DNA of 64,000 nucleotides. It comes from Candidatus Omnitrophota bacterium. Lineage in GTDB: Bacteria > Omnitrophota > Gorgyraeia > 2-01-FULL-45-10. Shown here one piece after another: positions 55,637-64,000 of the stretch. The translations under genes and the position numbers were made by a program. The notes beneath the pieces are model-generated. The model did not search any database. It was not told where the DNA came from and saw nothing but the letters and a program-made list of their open reading frames with translations. The stretch is from the NCBI GenBank assembly GCA_028699255.1, contig JAQVUX010000004.1:24668-88667 (forward strand), given 5' to 3'. Within the stretch, counting starts at the first letter, position 1, and the number at the start of each line of letters is the position of its first letter.

Positions 55637-57409
55637 ATGACTTACATCGCATTCGCAAGGAAATACCGACCGCAGGTCTTCGACGATATAATCGGACAAT
55701 CGCACGTAACGACCACACTTAAGAACGCCATATCCCAGGATAGAGTCGCGCACGCGTACCTTTTCGCGGGCCCGCGCGGCGTCGGCAAAACTACCGCGGC
55801 GAGGATACTCGCCAAGGCCTTAAACTGCGAGAAGGGGCCTTCGCCTAAGCCGTGCAACGCCTGCTCCTCCTGTAAAGACATTACCCAGGGTTCATCGCTC
55901 GATATACTCGAGATCGACGGCGCTTCCAACAGAGGCATCGACGAGATACGGAACCTGCGCGACAACGTTAAATTCGCGCCTACTCGCGGAAGATTTAAGG
56001 TCTATATAATAGATGAAGTCCACATGCTCACGCCCGAAGCGTTCAACGCTTTATTGAAGACGCTCGAAGAGCCGCCGAAGCACGTAAAGTTCATATTTGC
56101 CACCACCCAGGCGCACAAAGTCCCGGCCACGATACTCTCCAGATGTCAGAGGTTCGATTTCCGCCGTCTTGCCGCGAAGGACATAGCGGAGAGTTTAAAA
56201 GCTATAGTCAAAGAGGAAGGTGTGCGCATCGACGACGAAGCTTTGGCTCTGATAGCCAAATATTCCGACGGCGGGATGAGGGATGCCCAGGTAATGCTCG
56301 ACCAGATGTCTTCGTTTACAAAAGGAAAAGTCGGCATAAAAGACGTAACGAAAATACTGGGCGTGGTAGAGGACGAGGCTCTTTTTTCTCTCTCGGAGGC
56401 TTTGAAGGATAAAGATGCGGCCAAGGCACTGGGAATACTCGACACCCTGGTCAATGAAGGTAAAGATGTCATACAAGTTTCGCTCGGGCTCATCGAGCAC
56501 TTCCGTAATATGGCGATAACCAGGATAGCGCCGCAGGCGGATAATCTCATAGAAGCCGGCCCGGATAAGATAGAGCGTTACCGCGCCGCCGCCCAAGCTT
56601 TTACAATCGAAGACATCCTTTATATTGTGTATACTTTATCCAATGCCATAGATCTTATAAAAAAATCGACACTCGCCAGGGCGCCGCTCGAAGCGGCGCT
56701 CATAAAGCTTACGTTAAATCATTCCATGGTACCGATCAGCGATATAATAAAGAGGGTGGAGGATTTGGAAAAAAACACCCCTCCGGCGCTTAAGACTCCG
56801 TCGCAAACTTCAGCTACGGTAGAAAATAGCGGCGGCGCGCCCCTAAAGATGCGCTCAGATGCGGCCAAGACAGGTGTGAATAATCCATCGGATAAGCCGT
56901 CGGCTAAGTTATCGGATAAATCAATAAATAAGTCACCGGTTGCTACGTTGCAAGCGGATGAGCCGGACAATCTGCCGCGCTCTCCCGGGCTTGAGGAAGT
57001 TCTCTCTTCCTGGGCGGCGATCATTAATTACATCACCCCAAAAAAGATATCGGTCGCGTCGTATCTGCAGGAAGGTTCTCCATCCGCTATAGAAGGCAAA
57101 AAGCTTTCGATAGAGTTTCCTAAAGAACTGCAATTCCACAAAGAGATGCTTGAAACTCAGGAGAACAAGGCGATTATTGAAGCCGCGATAAAGTCGGTTC
57201 TCGGCAAAGAGCTAAGCGTCGTGTTAGCGCTCTCGGAGGCGGCAAAGCCGCCGCGGCGCCGGTCGGCGCCATCGGGGATGGGCGGGGAAGACGGGTTCGA
57301 TGACAGTGGTGCGGCGGAGAAGGAAGTCGACCCGATATTCAAGACGGCGATGGAGATATTCGGCGGCGACGTATCCGGTGAATCTTCGGACGGGAAAAAG
57401 GTAAAATGA
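55637..57409 (+). CDS. dnaX: DNA polymerase III subunits gamma/tau
   Basis: AAA+ clamp-loader motifs GPRGVGKTT and DEVHML. Zinc module CNACSSCKDI. SRC motif (SRCQRF). Confidence 0.9.
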   Translation: MTYIAFARKYRPQVFDDIIGQSHVTTTLKNAISQDRVAHAYLFAGPRGVGKTTAARILAKALNCEKGPSPKPCNACSSCKDITQGSSLDILEIDGASNRGIDEIRNLRDNVKFAPTRGRFKVYIIDEVHMLTPEAFNALLKTLEEPPKHVKFIFATTQAHKVPATILSRCQRFDFRRLAAKDIAESLKAIVKEEGVRIDDEALALIAKYSDGGMRDAQVMLDQMSSFTKGKVGIKDVTKILGVVEDEALFSLSEALKDKDAAKALGILDTLVNEGKDVIQVSLGLIEHFRNMAITRIAPQADNLIEAGPDKIERYRAAAQAFTIEDILYIVYTLSNAIDLIKKSTLARAPLEAALIKLTLNHSMVPISDIIKRVEDLEKNTPPALKTPSQTSATVENSGGAPLKMRSDAAKTGVNNPSDKPSAKLSDKSINKSPVATLQADEPDNLPRSPGLEEVLSSWAAIINYITPKKISVASYLQEGSPSAIEGKKLSIEFPKELQFHKEMLETQENKAIIEAAIKSVLGKELSVVLALSEAAKPPRRRSAPSGMGGEDGFDDSGAAEKEVDPIFKTAMEIFGGDVSGESSDGKKVK

Positions 57410-58005
57410 CAGATTTCCCCGCGTCGATGAAGTTTCTGATCGAAGAGTTCGCGAAGATGCCGGGCATAGGGTCGAAGACCGCGCAAAGACTCGCTTTTTA
57501 CATCCTCAGATGCACAAAAGACGAAGCCGAATCACTCTCGGGCGCAATCCGCAAGGTTAAAGAATCGATCCGCTTCTGCAGGATCTGTAATAACTTAAGC
57601 GATGAAGATACCTGTGAAATATGCAAAAGCCCTTCCAGAAACAAGACGCTCTTATGCGTAGTGGAAGAGCCAAAAGATATAATGACGATCGAGAAGGCCG
57701 GGAATTTTAACGGGCTCTATCATGTGCTCTTAGGATCATTGTCACCTTTAGACGGGATAGGCCCGGCCGAACTTAAGATAAAAGAATTGACGGACAGGGT
57801 AAGGAAAGAGAAGCTTAAAGAGATAATAATAGCTACCGATTTTAACACCGAGGGCGAGGCGACAGCGTTATACCTTTTGCGTGTGCTTAAAGGCTCCGGG
57901 GTAAAACTCACGAGAGTAGCTTACGGCATACCTGTGGGCGGCGGGCTCGAGTACGCGGACCAGGCGACGATAGCGAAGGCGTTCGAGGGCCGGCGGGAAC
58001 TTTGA
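57406..58005 (+). CDS. recR: Recombination protein RecR
   Basis: HhH N-terminus. C4 zinc finger CRICNNLSDEDTCEIC. Toprim domain. ATGA overlap with dnaX. Confidence 0.9.
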   Translation: MTDFPASMKFLIEEFAKMPGIGSKTAQRLAFYILRCTKDEAESLSGAIRKVKESIRFCRICNNLSDEDTCEICKSPSRNKTLLCVVEEPKDIMTIEKAGNFNGLYHVLLGSLSPLDGIGPAELKIKELTDRVRKEKLKEIIIATDFNTEGEATALYLLRVLKGSGVKLTRVAYGIPVGGGLEYADQATIAKAFEGRREL

Positions 58006-58020
58006 GTTTTTTTCGATATG

Positions 58021-58055
58021 CTTGACAACTTTTCGTTTATCTGATATATTCATAT
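58021..58055 (+). promoter_or_regulatory. Putative promoter TTGACA-N17-TATATT for the membrane protein gene at 58105
   Basis: cTTGACAacttttcgtttatctgaTATATTcat. Confidence 0.4.
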
Positions 58056-58104
58056 GCGCTTATTCTTATGTTTAGTGAAGGAACAATAAATCGGAGGATA
58101 TCAT

Positions 58105-58902
58105 ATGGCAGGAGTATTTGAGGCGATTAAGAAAGGTTTTGGTATTGCCACAAAAGGCCTCGGCCTTGTATCGATTCTGATAGTGTTCAATATTATAGGA
58201 AACTTGTTAAGCATACCATTCGCGATAGACCCGGCTCAGACGCCTACTGCCGAGCAGACGACGGCGGCTATAATATTCGCGGTGATATTCATATTAATAA
58301 GCATATTTGTACAGGGTGGAGCGTTAGCCCTTGTCAGGGATTATATAAAGGAAGGCAAGATGAAACTTGCCTCTTTTGCTTCTTATGGAGCGAAGTATTA
58401 TCTGAAGCTTCTGGGGTTGGGCGTATTGATAGTGCTGATAATCGCTGTAGTCGCGATCATCGCGGCGCTTTTAATAGCGGTAACGGCTCCTCTTAATAAT
58501 ATTATTATCTCTTCCATAGCTATAGCGATTGCCATAGCTATAGGCGTAGTCGCGGCCCTGCTTTATTTTATACCTTTGGCCTTATCGCCTTACGCACTTA
58601 TGTGTGAAGATTTAGGAATAATAGCCTCGATGAAGAGGGGCCTGGCGGTGGCCAGGAAACCATTCGTCAGAGTATTCATGCTGGTAATTCTATTCTTAGC
58701 GATGTTTCTCATATCTCTGGGCATAGGATTGGTGTTTGGTTTTATTGTAGGCATGATCAGCGCTCTGATACCGGCGATGGCCGCGAAGATATTGATGGCC
58801 GTTGTTACGAGCATCATCAACGGTTACTTAGGCGTTGTAATGATGGGCGGTTTTATGGTGTACTATCTCGGTTTAGTAGCTAAGACGGAAAAAACTATTT
58901 AA
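58105..58902 (+). CDS. Hypothetical polytopic membrane protein (Ala/Ile-rich)
   Basis: Six to seven hydrophobic helices. RBS GGAGGA upstream. No assignable family. Confidence 0.55.
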   Translation: MAGVFEAIKKGFGIATKGLGLVSILIVFNIIGNLLSIPFAIDPAQTPTAEQTTAAIIFAVIFILISIFVQGGALALVRDYIKEGKMKLASFASYGAKYYLKLLGLGVLIVLIIAVVAIIAALLIAVTAPLNNIIISSIAIAIAIAIGVVAALLYFIPLALSPYALMCEDLGIIASMKRGLAVARKPFVRVFMLVILFLAMFLISLGIGLVFGFIVGMISALIPAMAAKILMAVVTSIINGYLGVVMMGGFMVYYLGLVAKTEKTI

Positions 58903-58930
58903 CAAGCAACATTAGGTATCGACGGAAAAA

Positions 58931-59509
58931 ATGAAAGATCTTACAGAAATTCGCTGGCATGGAAGGGGCGGCCAGGGGGCAAAGACGGCCGCTCTTTTAT
59001 TTGCGGACGCCGCTCTCGCGCAAGGGATGTACATACAGGCATTTCCGGAGTATGGCCCGGAACGCATGGGTGCCCCGGTTACCGCTTTTAACCGCCTTTC
59101 ATCCAAGCCTATACTACTTCATTCCGGTGTTACTGAACCTGCAATAGTTATCGTGCTCGATCCCACTCTTATAGAAACGGTCGATGTAGCCGAAGGCATC
59201 CCCGAAAACGGCGTACTTCTTATAAATACCGAAAAAGCGCCATCAGATATCAGGAAACTCTTTAAAATGCCGGCATCCATAAAGGTGTTTACGGTCGATG
59301 CGTCGACGATATCAAAAGAGACGATAGGCAGGGAGATACCGAATACTCCGATGTTGGGCGCTCTTATAAAGGCGACCGGGATACTCGATTTCAAAGAGAT
59401 GTTCGAAGATACGAAGAAAAAACTCGAGAAGAAGTTTAAATCGAAGCCGGAGGTTATCGAAGGTAATCTTAAGGCGATCGAGCGTGCATACAACGAAGTA
59501 AAAAGTTAA
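58931..59509 (+). CDS. porG: Pyruvate:ferredoxin oxidoreductase gamma subunit
   Basis: IRWHGRGGQGAKTAALLFADAAL is typical of PorG/VorG. Confidence 0.85.
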   Translation: MKDLTEIRWHGRGGQGAKTAALLFADAALAQGMYIQAFPEYGPERMGAPVTAFNRLSSKPILLHSGVTEPAIVIVLDPTLIETVDVAEGIPENGVLLINTEKAPSDIRKLFKMPASIKVFTVDASTISKETIGREIPNTPMLGALIKATGILDFKEMFEDTKKKLEKKFKSKPEVIEGNLKAIERAYNEVKS

Positions 59510-59518
59510 TTGGAGCGG

Positions 59519-59572
59519 AGATAACCGCGTAGGTTATCTCCGAGACAACACATGCTAACCTACGCGGTTAGT
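59519..59572. repeat. Solo copy of the palindromic element (ATAACCGCGTAGGTTAT...TAACCTACGCGGTTA) between porG and porD
   Basis: The stem arms are identical to those of the array at 15843-16083. The loop differs. The 3' flank CGCGGTTAG(T/C)CATG is also shared with 16073-16086. Confidence 0.8.
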
Positions 59573-59594
59573 CATGATACGGGGTAGGATTCAA

Positions 59595-59906
59595 ATGAAA
59601 GAGAAAGAGACAAAACCGGGTTGGAAAGAGTTGCCGGCAGGTGGCCTTATAATAGGCGGTGGCACCGCGCGAGATTTCAAGACGGGTGACTGGCGTTCGA
59701 ATCGCCCGGTACTTATACCTGAAAAATGCATCAGCTGTCTTACCTGCTGGATGTATTGTCCGGATTCCGCCGTTATAGTTAAAGACGGCAAGGTGGTCGG
59801 GTTCGATTATGACCATTGCAAGGGGTGCGGCATATGCGAACATGAGTGTCCGGTAAAAGGTAAGGCGATAAAGATGATTTCCGAAAAAGAAGCGAAGAAT
59901 AAATAA
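59595..59906 (+). CDS. porD: Pyruvate:ferredoxin oxidoreductase delta subunit (2x[4Fe-4S] ferredoxin)
   Basis: CISCLTCWMYCP and CKGCGICEHECP. The start is taken at ATG 59595. The ORF-track start at 59574 lies inside the repeat element. Confidence 0.8.
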   Translation: MKEKETKPGWKELPAGGLIIGGGTARDFKTGDWRSNRPVLIPEKCISCLTCWMYCPDSAVIVKDGKVVGFDYDHCKGCGICEHECPVKGKAIKMISEKEAKNK

Positions 59907-59907
59907 T

Positions 59908-61086
59908 ATGGCAAAGACAAATATAGTTGCAAAAACCGGAAATGAGGCGATGGCGGATGCTATGCGCCAGATAAACCCCGACGTAGTCGCGGCTTACCCG
60001 ATAACCCCGGCCACCGAAATAGTCCAGATATTCTCCGGATACGTCGCGGACGGTTTGGTGAAGACTGAGTTTGTGCCGGTCGAGAGCGAACACTCGGCGA
60101 TGTCGGCCTGCATAGGCGCCAGCGCCGCAGGCGGCAGGGCAATGACGGGTACTTCGAGCCAGGGACTCGCTCTCATGGCCGAGATGTTGTACGTAGCCTC
60201 GGGCTTAAGGCTTCCTATAGTGCTGGCGGACGTCAACCGAGCGCTTTCGAGCCCGATAAATATACACTGCGATCATTCCGACACCATGATGCTCAAAGAG
60301 TCCGGCTGGATACAGATATTTTCAGAGAATGCCCAGGAAGGTTATGACAACATGATCCAGGCTGTCAGGATAGCCGAAAAGGCGCGCCTGCCGGTGATAG
60401 TTACGACCGACGGGTTTATCATAAGCCACGGCATGGAGCGCATCGAAATACTTTCCGACGAGGATGTGAAGAATTTCGTAGGCGAATACAAACCGGAACA
60501 ATACCTTCTGAATAGCGCCGCCCCGATTACTATCGGCGCGCTGGATCTGCCGGATTATTATTTTGAACACAGGCGGCAGGCGGCTGAGGCGATGAAGGAA
60601 GCGAAATCTATAATACTGGATATAAGCAAAGAGTACGGCCAGAAGTTCGGCCGTTCCTACGGTTTATTCGAAGAATATAAGCTTAGCGACGCGGAGCTCG
60701 TCATCGTAGCTATGGGCTCGACTGCGGGTACGACGAAAGTTGTCGTCGATGAGTTGAGGGCGTCCGGTGTGAAGGCCGGGCTTCTGAAGCCGCGGGTATT
60801 CAGGCCGTTCCCCAAAGATGAGATAGCCTCTGCTTTAAAAGGCGCTAAAGCGATAGCCGTGCTGGACAGGTCGGATTCGATGAATGGCAACGAAGGCCCG
60901 GTCTGCCTTGAAGTGAAAGCGGCTTTATATGACAAAGGGCTTGCTAAGCCGGTTGTGGATTACATCTTTGGCCTCGGCGGCAGGGAAATCAGGCTTCAGG
61001 ACGTAGAGATGGTATATAATGATCTTGCCTCGATGTTAAAAGGTAAAACGTTCGATAAAGTTAACTATATGGGTGTCAGAGAATAA
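59908..61086 (+). CDS. porA: Pyruvate:ferredoxin oxidoreductase alpha subunit
   Basis: The N-terminus MAKTNIVAKTGNEAMADAMRQINPDVVAAYPITPATEIVQ is canonical PorA. Confidence 0.88.
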   Translation: MAKTNIVAKTGNEAMADAMRQINPDVVAAYPITPATEIVQIFSGYVADGLVKTEFVPVESEHSAMSACIGASAAGGRAMTGTSSQGLALMAEMLYVASGLRLPIVLADVNRALSSPINIHCDHSDTMMLKESGWIQIFSENAQEGYDNMIQAVRIAEKARLPVIVTTDGFIISHGMERIEILSDEDVKNFVGEYKPEQYLLNSAAPITIGALDLPDYYFEHRRQAAEAMKEAKSIILDISKEYGQKFGRSYGLFEEYKLSDAELVIVAMGSTAGTTKVVVDELRASGVKAGLLKPRVFRPFPKDEIASALKGAKAIAVLDRSDSMNGNEGPVCLEVKAALYDKGLAKPVVDYIFGLGGREIRLQDVEMVYNDLASMLKGKTFDKVNYMGVRE

Positions 61087-62009
61087 TGGCTAATTTAAAA
61101 GAACTCGCGAAGCAGAAAGAATTATTTACAGGCGGCCACCGCGCATGCGCGGGTTGCGGCACCGTTATGATAGCAAGACAGGTACTGATGGCGTCGGGCC
61201 CCGACACCGTAGTTGTAAGCGCGACCGGCTGTCTGGAAGTAGTATCGACGATATTTCCTTTTACGGCGTGGAACGTTCCATTTCTTCACAGCGCTTTTGA
61301 AAACTCCGGCGCTACGGTAAGCGGCGTTGAGGCGTTGTATAAATCATGGGTACGGCAGGGCAAAATAAATAAGAAGATTAATTTCATAGCGTTTGGCGGC
61401 GACGGCGGCACATACGACATAGGATTGCAATCATTATCCGGAGCCATGGAACGCGGGCACAACATCCTTTATGTTTGCTACAATAACGAAGCCTACATGA
61501 ATACCGGTGTTCAGCGTTCAGGCGCGACTCCGAAAGGGGCCGATACGTCTACGGCGCCGGTAGGTAAAGTGAAGAAGGGGAAGGAACAATACAGAAAAGA
61601 TCTCACGGCGATAATGGTCGCCCACGGTATTCCGTACGCCGCCCAGTCAATAGCGGGTAACTGGCGCGATCTTACCTCAAAGGTGGAGAAAGCTCTCGCG
61701 ATCGAAGGGCCAAAGTTTATCAATGTCTTCCAGCCGTGCAGGCTTGGATGGGCGTATCCTCCGGAGCTTACATGCGAAATGGGCCGTCTTGCCGCGGATA
61801 CATGCACATGGCCTTTATACGAAGTTGTAAATGGCCAGTACAAGATTACATACAAACCCAAAGAGAAGAAACCTATTGCAGAGTGGATGAAGTTACAGGG
61901 ACGTTTCAGACATCTTTTGAAGCCGGAGAATAAAGCTTTACTCGACGAATTGCAGAATAAGACCGACAAGAACTGGGAAGCGCTTCTTAAAAAAGAAGCC
62001 GCAATTTAG
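61086..62009 (+). CDS. porB: Pyruvate:ferredoxin oxidoreductase beta subunit (TPP-binding)
   Basis: GHRACAGCG cysteine motif and the TPP-binding GDGG motif. Confidence 0.88.
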   Translation: MANLKELAKQKELFTGGHRACAGCGTVMIARQVLMASGPDTVVVSATGCLEVVSTIFPFTAWNVPFLHSAFENSGATVSGVEALYKSWVRQGKINKKINFIAFGGDGGTYDIGLQSLSGAMERGHNILYVCYNNEAYMNTGVQRSGATPKGADTSTAPVGKVKKGKEQYRKDLTAIMVAHGIPYAAQSIAGNWRDLTSKVEKALAIEGPKFINVFQPCRLGWAYPPELTCEMGRLAADTCTWPLYEVVNGQYKITYKPKEKKPIAEWMKLQGRFRHLLKPENKALLDELQNKTDKNWEALLKKEAAI

Positions 62010-62719
62010 CTCTTCCTGCGGTAATCGCAAGTCCTCATACTACACACCTCACACGGTGATTTTACCTTCGAGAATAATTCCTTCGGGCCCGCGCCGACTA
62101 CCGCGGATATCGATTTCTTCGGGGTCATCATACAACTTTCGGTGAGCGTAATGCCTATTGCGGAGAAATCTATAATTTTAGAGAGTTTAAACTGTTCCTC
62201 GATCGGCCAGTCGCAATAGCCTGGGCTGAATCGCATAGAAACGCTTAAGCCCTCAGAGGCCAGCTTATTTCTTAGGTTATCTTCCATGTTTTTTGCCATC
62301 GATTCGACCGCGAAAGATCCTATCCTGTCCAAAAAATACCCCAGCAGATGATCATCCTTAGTCATGTATCGGCTGGCGGTGTCTTCGACGCTTTTTCCGA
62401 TAGTTACCGCGAACGCATATATGCAGGAAGACCCCTTTAGATGGGCGGAGAGCTCTTTGCTCGATAGCATTATGCCGCCATCTATGGTGAGTGAGGAAGC
62501 GCAGGATGTTAAAATCGGTTTTTTTATAAAAGTTACCGCAGGCACAGCCTTTAACCTGGCTATCGCGAGCGCTTCTTTCAGGTGTTTCAATACCGATTCG
62601 CGCGTATCGCCCGCGTTAATTTTTCCGAGGCGCTCTCGCTCCGATACGTGTTTTTCGACCCACTCCCAGTCGATGGTTATATTTTCAGCCTTAATTTTCA
62701 TGCCTGCATTATACCACAA
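62006..62719 (-). CDS. Standalone vitamin-B12-dependent methionine synthase activation (AdoMet-binding reactivation) domain protein
   Basis: RFSPGYCDWPIEEQ...GITLTESCMMTPKKSISAVVG aligns with the MetH RPAPGYPACPEHTEK...GMKLTESFAMWPGASVSG. It is the only clear minus-strand gene and is convergent with porB. Confidence 0.6.
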   Translation of the reverse strand: MWYNAGMKIKAENITIDWEWVEKHVSERERLGKINAGDTRESVLKHLKEALAIARLKAVPAVTFIKKPILTSCASSLTIDGGIMLSSKELSAHLKGSSCIYAFAVTIGKSVEDTASRYMTKDDHLLGYFLDRIGSFAVESMAKNMEDNLRNKLASEGLSVSMRFSPGYCDWPIEEQFKLSKIIDFSAIGITLTESCMMTPKKSISAVVGAGPKELFSKVKSPCEVCSMRTCDYRRKS

Positions 62720-62756
62720 ACTTGTAAAAGAGTTCCTTTATGATATACTTGTAAAT

Positions 62757-64000
62757 ATGTTTACCGCAAAATACAACTACAGTATTAGATGGGTGATGGC
62801 GCTTGCCGTTTCTGCGACGGTAATTCTTCTTTATCAGTTCGATATTTTCGAGCGCCTGGAACTTCTTACTCTGGATTATCGTTTCAAACTTAAAGCTCCG
62901 TCGGCACAAGCTTCCGACATAGTATTTATCGACATGGCCGAGGATAGCATCCATTCGATAGGCAGGTGGCCGTGGCCCAGGAGCTGGCACGCCACGCTTA
63001 TAACAGCGCTCAGTGAATATAAGCCCAGGGCCATAGTCTTTGACGTGCTTTTTTCCGAGCCGCAGGATGCTTTGGACGATTCCGCTATGGCAGAAGCGAT
63101 GCGGCAGGCGCAGTGCGTTTATCTACCCGTACTTTTCGACTTTAATATAAAAAACGCGCCGCATTTTTACGATGACGGTGGCGTAGGCGCGTCCTCGGCC
63201 ATCGAACCGATTCCGCAGTTGAAAAAATACGCTAAAGGCGAAGGGCACATAAATGCCATGCCGGACATAGACGGTGTTTTAAGAAGAGTGCCGCCGGTTA
63301 TAATGTCCGACGGGAAACCGGTATATCAGCTGGGGCTTAAGGCCGGGCTCGACCTTCTGGGCGTGAACGAACGCGGCGGCGTATCGTTCGATCCCGTACG
63401 GCACAAGATGTCGGTGTGGCTGGCGGATAACACTTCGATGAAGATACCGCTCGACGACAAAAATCAGTTTATTATAAACTGGAAGGCGAAATGGGGCAGA
63501 GAGTTTAAGCATTTTTCATATATAGATGTCATAAAGGCGTATGCTATCGTGAAAAAAGGCGGAACAAAGCCTGCAATCGATCTTAATGAGTTTAGAGGGA
63601 AGATATGCGTAATAGGATTGACGGCCGCCGGCCTTACCGATATAAAACCTGTGCCGATGGAGAACGCGTATCCTGCCGTAGGCGTGAACGCGACCATGAT
63701 AAGTAATGTGTTGAATAAAAACTTTATTCACGGCCTCCCTAAGCCTTACAACATGCTCATTATACTGCTCGTATCCGTGCTCGTAACGATGTATCTTTTC
63801 AGCCTCCGTCTTATGGGAGGCATAGCCCTGGCGGCCCTGGGCATTGTCTGCTATATGGCGCTTTCGGTACTGCTATTTAATTTTTTCAATATCCTGATAA
63901 CGGTATTTTATCCTGTTCTGGCCATAGCGTTATCTTATGCCGTCATATCGCTGTATGCCCAGATCGTTCAGGCCGCGGAGCGCGCGAATCTGTTCCGGCA
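62757..64000 (+). CDS. CHASE2-domain sensor protein, 5' part. It runs off the window end. It is not in the ORF track because no stop lies within the window.
   Basis: ATG at 62757. The frame is open to base 64000. N-terminal TM helix. CHASE2 hallmark IGRWPWPRSWHATLI. Three C-terminal TM helices, as in CHASE2-cyclase/kinase sensors. Confidence 0.7.
   Translation, partial: MFTAKYNYSIRWVMALAVSATVILLYQFDIFERLELLTLDYRFKLKAPSAQASDIVFIDMAEDSIHSIGRWPWPRSWHATLITALSEYKPRAIVFDVLFSEPQDALDDSAMAEAMRQAQCVYLPVLFDFNIKNAPHFYDDGGVGASSAIEPIPQLKKYAKGEGHINAMPDIDGVLRRVPPVIMSDGKPVYQLGLKAGLDLLGVNERGGVSFDPVRHKMSVWLADNTSMKIPLDDKNQFIINWKAKWGREFKHFSYIDVIKAYAIVKKGGTKPAIDLNEFRGKICVIGLTAAGLTDIKPVPMENAYPAVGVNATMISNVLNKNFIHGLPKPYNMLIILLVSVLVTMYLFSLRLMGGIALAALGIVCYMALSVLLFNFFNILITVFYPVLAIALSYAVISLYAQIVQAAERANLFR

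Noticed and set aside
62709-63731. Four short minus-strand ORFs (62709..62990, 63279..63512, 63464..63697, 63516..63731)
   Set aside because: All lie inside the long open plus-strand CHASE2 frame, which has the WPWPR motif and TM helices. The minus-strand frames have no motifs.
1-64000. tRNA/rRNA genes, integrases, transposases and restriction-modification or other defence genes
   Set aside because: I scanned every intergenic region longer than 80 bp and found no cloverleaf-like or rRNA-like sequence. No ORF shows recombinase, transposase, nuclease-methylase or Cas-like motifs. The only mobile-looking DNA is the palindromic repeat family.

Overview
A gene-dense, almost entirely plus-strand bacterial chromosomal window from an anaerobe (PFOR, NrdDG, FeoAB and many Fe-S proteins point to that).

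Gene content:
- The 3' end of a Wzc-like BY-kinase.
- glpF, corA and an ArfB-like ribosome-rescue factor.
- A LacI-regulated giant secreted PKD/lectin/GH-like protein.
- A long putative operon: a 169-aa hypothetical, DUF523 (TudS-like), nitroreductase, lipase, glpK, a glpA-like G3P dehydrogenase, an oxidoreductase and DUF1667.
- A complete Pho island: PhoB/PhoR-like two-component system, a porin, pstSCAB, an extra lipoprotein and phoU.
- A cobalamin-riboswitch-controlled thyX-nrdD-nrdG operon.
- A Fur-associated Fe-S/iron cluster: DUF5320, 2x NifX-like, an EncFtn-like ferritin, a methyltransferase, 2x MinD-type ATPases with ferredoxin inserts, an MTHFR_C-like protein, an IscU-like protein, an MBL hydrolase and feoAB.
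- A zinc island: a Fur-family regulator, a DsbD-like protein, a TPR protein, DUF3299 and znuACB with a perfect palindromic operator.
- A MATE exporter, a PiT phosphate transporter with its DUF47 partner, a DEAD-box helicase, dnaX-recR, porGDAB and a standalone MetH-activation-domain protein.
- The 5' end of a CHASE2 sensor.

Non-coding highlights:
- A clear cobalamin riboswitch with an antiterminator/terminator switch, preceded by a second terminated leader element that resembles the 5' half of the riboswitch.
- A dispersed GC-rich palindromic repeat family (TAACCGCGTAGGTTA stem) present as a tandem array and as a solo copy.
- A 21-nt motif shared by two strong promoters.
- gal-type LacI operators.

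No rRNA, tRNA, CRISPR or recognisable mobile-element genes were seen.
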